Source of the DNA: Candidatus Omnitrophota bacterium
GTDB lineage: Bacteria; Omnitrophota; Gorgyraeia; Gygaellales; Profunditerraquicolaceae
Reading direction: 5' to 3'
Length of the DNA stretch: 64,000 nt
Assembly (NCBI GenBank): GCA_041308845.1
Contig: JBFZAT010000011.1
Span: 9,540 to 73,539 of the forward strand
In this document: positions 10,821-20,563 of the stretch, piece after piece
Position numbering within the stretch: position 1 is the stretch's first letter
Layout of the letters: each line of letters begins with the position of its first letter
Notes under the pieces: generated by a model
The model's database searches: none
Told to the model about the DNA's origin: nothing
The model's input: the letters and a program-made list of their open reading frames with translations, nothing else
Position numbers and translations under genes: made by a program

Positions 10821-12116
10821 ATGCAAAAAGCTTATACCAACATTATACAAATTGCCGGAGATGTAATTACGGTTGAAGCCGAAGGAGTGGGTTATTTAGA
10901 TATTGCCCAGATTAGTACCCGCCGGGGAGTATCTTTAGCACAGGTGATTCGGATTGATGCCAAAAAAATATCGCTGCAGGTTTTCGCGGGCACCCGCGGG
11001 GTAGCCACTGGAGATAAGGTGCGTTTTCTGGGCCATCCTATGCGCGTGGCCACTGGTGAGAATCTGCTCGGACGGATCTTTAATGGTAGCGGTATGCCTT
11101 TAGACCGGGGGCCTGCACTTACCGAAAACCTGGCGGATATTGGCGCTCCGGCGGTCAACCCGGTAAAAAGAATCATCCCGAATAAAATTATCCGCACCGG
11201 CATTCCGATGATCGACGTTTTTAATTCTCTGGTAGAGTCCCAGAAATTACCGGTTTTTTCTATTGCCGGCGAACCTTATAACGCACTCCTGGCGCGTATC
11301 GCTATCCAGGCGCAAGTGGATATGATTATCGTCGGAGGAATGGGGCTGAAATATGATGACTACCTTTTTTTTAAAGAGACTTTAAATGCGCAGGGAGCGC
11401 TTGCCCGCTGCGTATTCTTCATCCACACCGCCGCTGACCCGACCGTAGAGTGCTTGCTGGTCCCGGATGTCAGCTTGGCGGTAGCGGAAGATTTTGCCTT
11501 AAAAGGTAAACGGGTTTTGGTTTTATTAACGGATATGACTAATTTCGCAGATTCCTTGAAAGAAATTTCTATTACCATGGAACAAGTTCCTTCTAATCGC
11601 GGTTATCCCGGAGATCTCTATAGCCAACTGGCTGCCCGCTATGAAAAAGCTGTAGATTTTGAAGGCGCCGGATCAATTACTATCCTTTCTGCAACAACCA
11701 TGCCTGGCGATGATGTAACACATCCGGTTCCGGATAATACTGGATATATTACTGAAGGGCAGTTTTATTTAAAAGGCGGAGTGATCGAGCCTTTTGGCTC
11801 GTTGAGCCGCCTAAAACAGCAGGTTAACGGAAAGACTCGCGCTGATCATCGCACGATTATGGATACAATGATTCAACTTTTTGCTAATTACCGGGAAACC
11901 CTGGAAAAGCAATCTATGGGTTTTCAAATGAGCGCCTGGGATCAGAAGCTGTTGAAGTACGGAGCGCTTTTTGAAGAAAACATGATGTCGCTTAAAGTCA
12001 ATATTGCTCTGGAGAAAGCGCTGGATTTAGGCTGGCAGATCCTGAGTGATTGTTTTACTCCTGAAGAAACCGGGATTAAGCTTGCGATAATCCAGCAGTT
12101 TTGGCCGAAAAAATAA
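10821..12116 (+). CDS. ntpB: V/A-type ATPase subunit B
   Basis: 431 aa, A/B-family nucleotide-binding fold without a canonical P-loop, follows subunit A. Confidence 0.85.
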   Translation: MQKAYTNIIQIAGDVITVEAEGVGYLDIAQISTRRGVSLAQVIRIDAKKISLQVFAGTRGVATGDKVRFLGHPMRVATGENLLGRIFNGSGMPLDRGPALTENLADIGAPAVNPVKRIIPNKIIRTGIPMIDVFNSLVESQKLPVFSIAGEPYNALLARIAIQAQVDMIIVGGMGLKYDDYLFFKETLNAQGALARCVFFIHTAADPTVECLLVPDVSLAVAEDFALKGKRVLVLLTDMTNFADSLKEISITMEQVPSNRGYPGDLYSQLAARYEKAVDFEGAGSITILSATTMPGDDVTHPVPDNTGYITEGQFYLKGGVIEPFGSLSRLKQQVNGKTRADHRTIMDTMIQLFANYRETLEKQSMGFQMSAWDQKLLKYGALFEENMMSLKVNIALEKALDLGWQILSDCFTPEETGIKLAIIQQFWPKK

Positions 12117-12733
12117 TGTCAAAGCTCAAACTTACCAAAGGCGAATTAAAAAAACAACGCGATGCTTTAAAACAATTTCAGCGTTATCTTCCTACCCTGC
12201 AATTAAAAAAACAGCAGCTACAATTAGAAATTCTACAGCAGAATCTCATTTTACAGAATACCCAAGCCGCCCTGGCCAAGAAAAAACAGTCGATTGATCC
12301 TTGGGCAGGTTTATTAGCCGAGCCAGGAATAGACATACAGTTATATTTAAAACCGGAGAAGCCCGCCCAGGAGTCTAAAAATATCGCCGGAGTAGATATT
12401 CCGGTGTTTAAAGGCAGCGGTTTTAAAGAATCAAGTTATGATTTATTCCGTATGCCATTGTGGCTGGACACAGCAATTCAGTCTCTTAGAGAAGTCATCT
12501 TACTCAACCAGGAAATTCTAGTGCTCCAGGAAGGAATTGATATTTTGCGGCAAGAATTAAGGGTGACAACGCAAAGGGTTAATCTCTTTGAGAAAGTCAA
12601 AATCCCGCTGGCTGAAGAAAATATCCGCTTGATTAAAATTTATATCGGAGATCAGCTAGCCAACGCCGTAGGCCGCAGCAAAATTGCCAAAAGAAAGATC
12701 GAAGAGCTTATTTTAGAAGAGGTGTCGGCATGA
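12101..12733 (+). CDS. ntpD: V/A-type ATPase subunit D
   Basis: 210 aa coiled-coil protein ([31 protein letters not shown]), follows subunit B. Confidence 0.75.
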   Translation: MAEKIMSKLKLTKGELKKQRDALKQFQRYLPTLQLKKQQLQLEILQQNLILQNTQAALAKKKQSIDPWAGLLAEPGIDIQLYLKPEKPAQESKNIAGVDIPVFKGSGFKESSYDLFRMPLWLDTAIQSLREVILLNQEILVLQEGIDILRQELRVTTQRVNLFEKVKIPLAEENIRLIKIYIGDQLANAVGRSKIAKRKIEELILEEVSA

Positions 12734-14520
12734 TTGTCCCGATGAAAAAAGCCTATCTGTTTTTACAGAAAAAGCATGCTCCCGAAGCGCTTAAGGATTT
12801 AGCGGTTTTGGGATTATTGCATATTGAGCATCAACAACTTCCTGGTAGTGAAGAAATTAATGTGCTTAATGAACAAATAGCTTTACTGCAGCAAGCTAAT
12901 TTAATTTTAGCTGCGTTTAGAGTTTCCGCAGCTCCCTCTCCGGCTCGCCCCCCGGAAGATTTGCTGGCGGTTTGCCGCCATATTATCGATTTGGAAAAAA
13001 GATTAGGGCAACTTAAAGAATATGCTGTGACTTTAAGTGCCGGAATTGATCAGTGGAGTTCCTGGGGAGATTTTGATCCCCAGGAAATCACAAAGTTAGC
13101 CCAGAACAGTATTTATATCAAGCTTTATCAGATTCCCCGGGAGCAATTTAAAAATTTACCCCCCCAGATCAGCGTAAAAAAAATCTTTTCAGCCGGAGGG
13201 GTAGAAAATTGCATAGTGATCAGCCGGCAGAATATTCAATTAAATTTTAAAGAACTGGAATTACCCAAAATGTCTTTAAGTCTGATGCGCCAAAGGTTAG
13301 CCGAAGATGCACAACTTATCCGGGAGCTTAAAAAACAACTTAGCCAGCAGGTGCCTTATCAGCAGGTGTTGGCTGCGCAAAAAGAATCTTTAATGTATCG
13401 AAAAAGTTTTTTGGAAGCTTTACAGGGGATGGGCCAGGCAGAACAAATAGTTTATCTGAAAGGCTATGTTCCGGTTGAGGTTGAGCAGCAGTTGGTGGGG
13501 CAAGCCAAGAGCAGGGGGTGGGGAATTTTTACCACAGTGCCGCAACCTCAAGATCAGGTACCGACTTTATTGCGTAATCCGGCCTGGGTTTCGCTGATTA
13601 GGCCTTTGTTAAAACTCCTAGAGTTGGTCCCCGGCTACCGCGAATTGGATATTAGTCCGTTGTTTATTGTTTTTTTTAGTCTTTTTTTTGGCATACTCAT
13701 CGGTGATGCCGGTTACGGTTTAGTGTACTTATTAATTAATTTTTGGTTACACAAAAGATTCCGACACAAGATTAAGGAGCATAGCGTGTTTTTTCTCTTT
13801 TATACCTTAAGTTTATGCGCTATTATATGGGGATTATTGACGGGTACTTTTTTTGGGCAGGCCTGGTTATTGGGGTTAGGTTTTAAACCCCCGGTGCCGG
13901 TTTTGACTAATACGGTTTTTATTCAGAAGCTTTGTTTTTTTCTGGGTGCGTTGCATTTATCTCTTGCCCATGGCTGGCGGGCGATTTTGAAGGCCCCGTC
14001 TTTAGCGGCTTTAGCGGAATTAGGTTGGATTGCTATTATTTGGACAGCCTTTTTTCTGGCTAAAAATTTAATTTTAGGGGAGAATTTTCCGGCCCTTGTT
14101 AATCCGTTGCTTTTGGGCGGTTTAATTTTGGTTATATTTTTTACTCATCCCCAAAAAAACTTATTTAGAACTTTCGGTGCCGGCTTAGGAACTATCGCTT
14201 TAGGTTTAGTCAATAATTTTACGGACGTAGTTTCCTATATCAGACTTTTTGCCGTCGGGCTTGCTGGAGTAGCTATCGCTGATGCGTTTAATGTGATGGC
14301 CGGCGGGATAGTGAAAAAGGGGGATTTATTTACTATTTTTGCTGCTGCGTTGGTAGTGATCTGCGGGCACTTGTTAAATATTATTCTCGGGCCGATGTCG
14401 GTTCTGGTACACGGAGTGCGGCTTAATGTTTTAGAATTTTGTGGGCATTTAGGGGTAACTTGGAATGGCTTTGATTATAAGCCGTTTTCTAATCAACAGA
14501 TCTTAAACAAGGAGAATTAA
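12730..14520 (+). CDS. ntpI: V/A-type ATPase subunit I (a-subunit, membrane)
   Basis: 596 aa with a soluble N-terminal half and a polytopic C-terminal half; position in the operon. Confidence 0.75.
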   Translation: MIVPMKKAYLFLQKKHAPEALKDLAVLGLLHIEHQQLPGSEEINVLNEQIALLQQANLILAAFRVSAAPSPARPPEDLLAVCRHIIDLEKRLGQLKEYAVTLSAGIDQWSSWGDFDPQEITKLAQNSIYIKLYQIPREQFKNLPPQISVKKIFSAGGVENCIVISRQNIQLNFKELELPKMSLSLMRQRLAEDAQLIRELKKQLSQQVPYQQVLAAQKESLMYRKSFLEALQGMGQAEQIVYLKGYVPVEVEQQLVGQAKSRGWGIFTTVPQPQDQVPTLLRNPAWVSLIRPLLKLLELVPGYRELDISPLFIVFFSLFFGILIGDAGYGLVYLLINFWLHKRFRHKIKEHSVFFLFYTLSLCAIIWGLLTGTFFGQAWLLGLGFKPPVPVLTNTVFIQKLCFFLGALHLSLAHGWRAILKAPSLAALAELGWIAIIWTAFFLAKNLILGENFPALVNPLLLGGLILVIFFTHPQKNLFRTFGAGLGTIALGLVNNFTDVVSYIRLFAVGLAGVAIADAFNVMAGGIVKKGDLFTIFAAALVVICGHLLNIILGPMSVLVHGVRLNVLEFCGHLGVTWNGFDYKPFSNQQILNKEN

Positions 14521-14521
14521 T

Positions 14522-14980
14522 ATGGACACCGGAGTTGTTGTACAGTTCAAGGATTTAGGATTAATTCTGGTCTTTGCTTTGGCTGCTTGTGGTTCTGCTG
14601 CCGGAGCCGGAGCTGCTGGAATGGCGGCAATTGGGGCCTGGAAAAAGAATTTCGGGCAGAATAAAACCGCCTCTTTTTTATTGGTTGCTCTAGTCGGGGC
14701 GCCCTTAACTCAGACTATTTACGGTAATATTGTTATGACTAAAATGTTTGAGCTGGCGGCTAAGGGGCACTATCTTTGGGGCATCGGAGCTTTCTCTGGC
14801 CTGGCGATCGGGTTATCGGCATATTATCAAGGCAAATGCGCTGCTTGTGCTTGTGATGCGATGGGTGAAACCGGGAAAGGCTTTGGTAATTATCTGGCGG
14901 TTCTAGGGATTGTGGAAACCGTGGCACTTTTTGTGATGGTTTTTACCCTGATTATTCTGGGACAATTTTCCGGGGTTTAA
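14522..14980 (+). CDS. ntpK: V/A-type ATPase proteolipid subunit K (c-subunit)
   Basis: 152 aa, Gly/Ala-rich helical hairpins, conserved Glu in IVETVALF. Confidence 0.8.
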   Translation: MDTGVVVQFKDLGLILVFALAACGSAAGAGAAGMAAIGAWKKNFGQNKTASFLLVALVGAPLTQTIYGNIVMTKMFELAAKGHYLWGIGAFSGLAIGLSAYYQGKCAACACDAMGETGKGFGNYLAVLGIVETVALFVMVFTLIILGQFSGV

Positions 14981-15063
14981 TTCCACAAGAGAGTTTTACT
15001 GAGGTCATTGATTGTTAAAATTGCCGTTGTCCAAACGCAGTTTTTGATAACATTATTTTAACC

Positions 15064-16512
15064 GTGGAAGATATGGGTTTTCGGAAGTATAAAACCTGTT
15101 TTATCAATTTCTTTTTTGTCCCGCTGGTTATTTTTATCATTACCTATTTTGCTTTTCCTAAATTTACCAAGCTCGGCTTTATAATTGATGATATAGATTA
15201 TTTAATGCATCTGGTAATTAGTAGAAGTGATTCTTTAAGCTTTATACATTCATATGCTTTGCGGGGTTTAAGTTTTAAGCCCATGTCTTTAGGGTTGAAC
15301 TGGGTAATTAATTTTTATTTATTTGGGACAAACCCGCACAACTACTATTTATTTAATATAGCAGTACATGCAATTAATTCCTTCCTGGTTTACCTCTTAC
15401 TTAATCTAATATTTAAATTCAGAATGTTAAGTTTTATGGTTAGTCTGTATTATTTAATGCATCCTTTTAATCTAGAAGGCTTAAGCTGGATTAGCGCAGG
15501 TTTTACTTCTCAAAACGTGGTCTTTTTTTCATGCCTTACGCTTATTACCTATTATTTATACATTAAGGGAGCTAAGAAGATTTTTATAGTTTTGTCGTAT
15601 TTATTATACTTCTGTGCTTTCCTATCGAGAGAAGATGTAATTTTATTGCCAGTTTTAATTATTATTCTTTTAATTTTTATTAGGAGGTTGGCTAGAACTA
15701 GAATTCTAGAAGTTTCGGTTTATGCGGGCATAGCTTTGCTTGTATTACTAGGCAGATTTTTATTCCTGTACCCGAATCCCTTTCAACTCTACCGATGGGA
15801 TTTCTTAAATATACAAAATGCACTCTTGAGAAATGAATATTATTTGAATTTGGCCTTCGGTCCATTTATCAAACTTTTCAGTGGGCCAGCGTTTTTAGAG
15901 AACAATATAATCTTGTCAATTATATTGAAACTATCCTTATTTCTATTCCTAGCTGTTTTTGTCGGCCGTAAAATTTATACACATTGGAATTCTGATGAGT
16001 TTGATGAGGCAAAATTACTAGTTTTCGGACTCATTTGGTATCTGGTGCTCGCTGTTCCTTTCAATTTTATGATCGGAGCAGAGTTCTGGCAGAAGCGGTA
16101 TCTATCTTTGTCGATTGTCGGGATACTGATAGCTCAGATCGCGGCAATCGCCATCGTCTGTAAGCCAATCCTAAAATCAATGTTCTACGCCAGTAAATTT
16201 TTATTTCTGTGTTTTTCTTCTAGCCTAATATTAATTTCTCATTATATGATTATTGCGGGGTTCAGTGAGAGCATAATTTCTAAGCATGTTTTGAATTACC
16301 AATATTATGCTGAAAAAATACATTTAGCTTTAAAAAGAAACCCCGGGATTCAAAATATTCAACTAGTCGGATTCCCGGGAGAAGAAAGAGCCTCACAATT
16401 TTTTAAGTTTTTTCCGGAATTTAAGAATATAGAATTTACGGTTATTGAAAATCTGGAAGATGATTCTGATGATAGAGAGGCAGATTTAACCATTGAGCAT
16501 CGAGAGATATAA
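15064..16512 (+). CDS. GT-C-fold integral membrane glycosyltransferase (PMT/ArnT-like), paralog A1
   Basis: Polytopic; first-loop acidic motif (IIDDIDYLMHLV), FG.NP..Y....N...H motif, HPFNLE. Paralog of 21973..23553. Confidence 0.55.
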   Translation: MEDMGFRKYKTCFINFFFVPLVIFIITYFAFPKFTKLGFIIDDIDYLMHLVISRSDSLSFIHSYALRGLSFKPMSLGLNWVINFYLFGTNPHNYYLFNIAVHAINSFLVYLLLNLIFKFRMLSFMVSLYYLMHPFNLEGLSWISAGFTSQNVVFFSCLTLITYYLYIKGAKKIFIVLSYLLYFCAFLSREDVILLPVLIIILLIFIRRLARTRILEVSVYAGIALLVLLGRFLFLYPNPFQLYRWDFLNIQNALLRNEYYLNLAFGPFIKLFSGPAFLENNIILSIILKLSLFLFLAVFVGRKIYTHWNSDEFDEAKLLVFGLIWYLVLAVPFNFMIGAEFWQKRYLSLSIVGILIAQIAAIAIVCKPILKSMFYASKFLFLCFSSSLILISHYMIIAGFSESIISKHVLNYQYYAEKIHLALKRNPGIQNIQLVGFPGEERASQFFKFFPEFKNIEFTVIENLEDDSDDREADLTIEHREI

Positions 16513-16542
16513 TTATTAGAGAAGTTATACAGCATTATTAAA

Positions 16543-18051
16543 GTGGAGTCCGGGGTGGATCAGCTAGGCAGCGGCCGAAATATAAGACTGTGGCTTACAA
16601 GTAAAATGAGCAGCGCGCATATGTTTATCGGCTTTCTTATTTGTTCTTTTATTGCTTTTTTTGCTTGGTTTATTCTACGTAAATTGGCACAAGGGGTATG
16701 GTGTGGTTATGATGGAGCGACATATTCCCAGATTCTTTGGACTACCCTAAACGGGAAGCTGCTGTGGTGTAGTTTTACCGGACTTTCCGGGCTATGCGAT
16801 TTAGGGGTGCATCTTAATTTAACAATATTATTACTTTTACCGTTCTATGCGCTTTTCCCTTTTCCGGCCACATTGGGTATACTTCAGGTATTCTTTTTAG
16901 GCATCGCGGCTATCCCGGTTTATTTAATAGCTAAAGAGAAAATCAATCTGCGAGCTGGCAGATTATTCACGATTTTTTATCTTACCAATAATTTTACGGT
17001 GCAGTCCATTATCGAGGGGTTTCAAACCCGTACTTCAAGTGTGCCGTTTTATTTTTTTGCTTTCTATTTTCTTATTAAGAAAAAATATCTTTGGTTTAAT
17101 TTATTCGTGTTATTATTATGTTTTACCCATGAAATAAATACCCTGTTGGTTTTTATGCTAGGGCTTTATATCGTTTTTGTGCTCCGTAAAATTACTCTGG
17201 GTTTAATAATTTCAATTTTTAGTTTAAGCTGGTTTTTATTAACGATTAAATTTATACAGCCGTTTTTGGGATACGCGGCGCCTTTAGGGGCTTTGCATTT
17301 TCTTGTAGACGGGAAAGTATTATCCGAACCGCTGCAAATCATGCAATATGGTTTTACTCATCCGTTCGATATTTTAGGCAGGGCGTTTTCTTATCCTAAG
17401 CTAGACCATCTCATTAGGTTATTGGGGCCGTTGGGATTTTTACCTTTATTGAGCTTAAAAGAACTTTTAATTGGGCTACCGTTCTTTTTACAAAATTTTA
17501 TCTTAAGCGAACATCTAGTTGGGGTTGAAGTTCCTCGGTACACCATGCCGCTGATTCCTTTTGTGTTTATCTCGGCTATTTACTCAGCAGCCTATCTTTT
17601 CAGGAAACTGAAGACCCGCTGGCTATATTTTGAAATATTGATGGTTGTCTGTTGGGCGTTGTCTACCTATAAGTTTGTTTGGGATCCTACTTATAATCCA
17701 CGGTTTTTACAAGTGCTTGCTCCCTTGGCGATGGAAACTAAAATACATACCGAGGCCCTGAAAGATATTGCCGGATTGGTTCCCGGGGATGCCAGTGTCA
17801 GCGCGGATATCAAAGCTTTCCCTTTTTTAGCCAACCGTTTTCAGCTCTATGATTTACCGTTACACACAGAACAAGCCGAATATATCTTAATCGATCAGAA
17901 ATGCCCAGTGTTTTCGCCAAAACCTTTATTCACACAGGAGCAAGCCCTTGGACATGTTAATCATATATTAATTTCTTCTGATTATGAAATAATTAAAAAA
18001 CAGGATAAGGTGATTTTATTAAAAAGAAAGCAACAAAATAAAATCCCTTAA
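16543..18051 (+). CDS. DUF2079-family integral membrane protein (GT-C-like), paralog B1
   Basis: Motifs GYDGATYSQILWTTLNGKLLW...LGVHLNLTILLLLPFYALFPFPATLGILQV...IAAIPVYLIAKEK fit DUF2079. Close paralog of 23819..25297. Confidence 0.55.
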   Translation: MESGVDQLGSGRNIRLWLTSKMSSAHMFIGFLICSFIAFFAWFILRKLAQGVWCGYDGATYSQILWTTLNGKLLWCSFTGLSGLCDLGVHLNLTILLLLPFYALFPFPATLGILQVFFLGIAAIPVYLIAKEKINLRAGRLFTIFYLTNNFTVQSIIEGFQTRTSSVPFYFFAFYFLIKKKYLWFNLFVLLLCFTHEINTLLVFMLGLYIVFVLRKITLGLIISIFSLSWFLLTIKFIQPFLGYAAPLGALHFLVDGKVLSEPLQIMQYGFTHPFDILGRAFSYPKLDHLIRLLGPLGFLPLLSLKELLIGLPFFLQNFILSEHLVGVEVPRYTMPLIPFVFISAIYSAAYLFRKLKTRWLYFEILMVVCWALSTYKFVWDPTYNPRFLQVLAPLAMETKIHTEALKDIAGLVPGDASVSADIKAFPFLANRFQLYDLPLHTEQAEYILIDQKCPVFSPKPLFTQEQALGHVNHILISSDYEIIKKQDKVILLKRKQQNKIP

Positions 18052-18060
18052 ATAACTAAA

Positions 18061-19167
18061 ATGACTTACGCCAATGACAATACTTTGTATTTAATAAACT
18101 TACTTCAGCAAAAAAAAGACTACCGGAGACTGAACAATTATTTAACGGTTTTAAATGAATTAAAACACAAAATGGTTGTCTGCAAAGGGTACCCGGTTTG
18201 GCTGACCATCGACCCCACTAATATTTGCACGCTTAAATGCCCTTTTTGTTCTACTGGCGCCGGTTTGATTAAACGCGCCCCAGGCATGATGAGTTTTGAA
18301 AATTTTGAAAAAATCATGGATATTCTAGGACCTTACCTTTTGCATATAGATATGCAGAATTGGGGAGAACCCCTGTTGAATAAAGATATCTACCGGATGA
18401 TTGCCCGTGCTAAGCGTTTTGATATTAATATTACTTTAAGCACTAACTTTCAAAATTTTGATGAGCAGGCAGCGGTGGAGATGATTGAATCCGGACTGGA
18501 TAGGTTAATCCTTTCTATTGACGGGGCAAGCCAGGAAACCTATGAAAAACATAAAAGGGGCGGAGACTTTTCTAAGGCCATTAGTAATATAAAAACCCTG
18601 ATTAGCCAGAAAAAACACTTAAAAAGTTTTCTGCCACACGTGATCTGGCAATTCTTAGTTTTTAGGCATAATGAGCATGAGATTGAAATCGCAAAGAAAA
18701 TGGGGGCGGAATTAGGCGTAGATGCAGTAGGAATTAATTCGGCATTTATTGCGGTTAACTCACCAGAATTTAGTGACTGGATCCCGCTGAATAATCAATA
18801 TAGTAAATATGACCTGTCCGGGACTGCACAAACCAACGCAGGTTCAGAGGATTTTCTTAAACCGATTAACCAGGCGGTTTGCAATTGGCTGTGGGAAGGA
18901 ATCGCGATCAATTGGGATATGACCGTTGCTCCTTGTTGTGGAGTCTTTTTGGAACAGGAAGACTTCGGGAGGATTACTGATGCATCTCAATTCCAGCAGC
19001 TCTGGAATAATCAACACTATAAAGTTGCGCGGGAATTTATGCAAAGCAGGCAGACAAAAGATCCGGAAATAAACAATACCTGTGTTCATTGTAATAAAAT
19101 TGGACAGATTAATCTGGATCTCAACCGAGATTTTTGGGCGCAGAGCTTAAAAAGCACAGCGATTTAA
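18061..19167 (+). CDS. Radical SAM protein with Cys-rich SPASM/twitch-like C-terminus
   Basis: CTLKCPFC (CxxxCxxC) at residue ~56, GEPLL, C-terminal APCCG...CVHCNK cysteine cluster. Confidence 0.75.
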   Translation: MTYANDNTLYLINLLQQKKDYRRLNNYLTVLNELKHKMVVCKGYPVWLTIDPTNICTLKCPFCSTGAGLIKRAPGMMSFENFEKIMDILGPYLLHIDMQNWGEPLLNKDIYRMIARAKRFDINITLSTNFQNFDEQAAVEMIESGLDRLILSIDGASQETYEKHKRGGDFSKAISNIKTLISQKKHLKSFLPHVIWQFLVFRHNEHEIEIAKKMGAELGVDAVGINSAFIAVNSPEFSDWIPLNNQYSKYDLSGTAQTNAGSEDFLKPINQAVCNWLWEGIAINWDMTVAPCCGVFLEQEDFGRITDASQFQQLWNNQHYKVAREFMQSRQTKDPEINNTCVHCNKIGQINLDLNRDFWAQSLKSTAI

Positions 19168-19206
19168 ATTTAGCATAGCTTAGTCATCTAAATGAGGTAA
19201 CTTAGA

Positions 19207-20547
19207 ATGAAAATTGTACTGGTTACTTGTCCGGCATACGGCCGTCTGCATCCGCCTTTATCCTTGGCTTGTTTAACCGCAGCTTTAAGACATTGCAGTT
19301 ACCAAGTTACAGCTTTGGATTTAAATATTCAACTTTATAACGAATTTTCGAAAGAACAAAGAGATGTCTACTGGGATTTATTTAACTCACAGCTTTGGCG
19401 GGATAGCAGTATCGTTGAGAGGATAATCTCTAAAGAAAGATTAGAAGCTTGGGTGGAAACTATCTTACAAAAGAATCCACAGGCCGTAGGGTTTTCTGTA
19501 TATAGTTCTAATGAAATTGTCTCTTTAATGCTGGCAGAAAAAATAAAGAAAAAAAATAATGGAATTCAGATTATATTCGGTGGCCCTTTTATCCGTAGGG
19601 ATAATGGAGTTGCCCAATCGATTATTAACAATGCTTATGTTGATTTAGTGGTGATTGGTGAGGGGGAAGGTGCTTTACAGGAAATAGCGCAAGCTTATGA
19701 AGCAAAGAAAGAAATTATGCATTGCCCGGGAGTGCTGCTAAAGTCTGGCGGTCAGATAGTAGACTGCGGTCAGCGGGAGCCGGTTCATGATCTGGACAGC
19801 TTGCCTTTTTCTGATTTTTCAGACTTCCGATTTGAGGACTACGCAGAACCACTAGTGCCTTTGTTGTCTAGCCGGGGTTGTCTTTACAATTGTGGTTTCT
19901 GTAACGAAAAGACCTTCTGGCAAAGTTATCGCTGCCGAAGCGCAGCCAATGTTACCGAGGAAATAAAGCAGCAAATTTTAAAATACGGGATTAATAAGTT
20001 TAGATTTAATGATCTTATGTTAAACGGCAATTTGGAAGAGTTAGAAAAATTTTGTGATTTGATCATTCAGAGTGGGCTTAAAATAACCTGGGGTGGCTAC
20101 ATTTCAGTCCGAAAGATGGGTAGCCAACTGATTAAAAAAATGAAAGAATCTGGGTGCGATTTTCTCTTTATGGGGATTGAAAGCGGTTCACAAAGCATCT
20201 TGAATAAATTTAAGAAAGGCATACAAATAGAAGTAGCCGAAGAGCTATTGCGGGGCTTAAGCCGGGCAGGTATTTCTGCTCACACCGGTTGGATCGTCGG
20301 ATTCCCAGATGAGAGTTCTGTAGATTTTCAACAAACCTTAGATTTTATAAAAAGAAACAGAAGTTATATGAGTTATATTGCCCCCGCCAATATTATGTCG
20401 ATCCAACCCGGGTCTCCGGTTTATCAAGATCCGGTTAAGTTCGGCGTAAAACAAATTATTCATGCTGGGAATTGGGTGGATAATATTACGACTTTAGAAA
20501 TTCGGCAATCCAGGATTAAATATTTCAATAAATATATAGCTTCATAG
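19207..20547 (+). CDS. B12-binding-domain radical SAM enzyme (class B, COG1032-like)
   Basis: N-terminal Rossmann-like B12-binding domain (MKIVLVTCPAYGRL...VGFSVY...IIFGGP), then SSRGCLYNCGFCNE radical SAM motif. Confidence 0.8.
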   Translation: MKIVLVTCPAYGRLHPPLSLACLTAALRHCSYQVTALDLNIQLYNEFSKEQRDVYWDLFNSQLWRDSSIVERIISKERLEAWVETILQKNPQAVGFSVYSSNEIVSLMLAEKIKKKNNGIQIIFGGPFIRRDNGVAQSIINNAYVDLVVIGEGEGALQEIAQAYEAKKEIMHCPGVLLKSGGQIVDCGQREPVHDLDSLPFSDFSDFRFEDYAEPLVPLLSSRGCLYNCGFCNEKTFWQSYRCRSAANVTEEIKQQILKYGINKFRFNDLMLNGNLEELEKFCDLIIQSGLKITWGGYISVRKMGSQLIKKMKESGCDFLFMGIESGSQSILNKFKKGIQIEVAEELLRGLSRAGISAHTGWIVGFPDESSVDFQQTLDFIKRNRSYMSYIAPANIMSIQPGSPVYQDPVKFGVKQIIHAGNWVDNITTLEIRQSRIKYFNKYIAS

Positions 20548-20563
20548 GAAGGTAGAATTAAGA

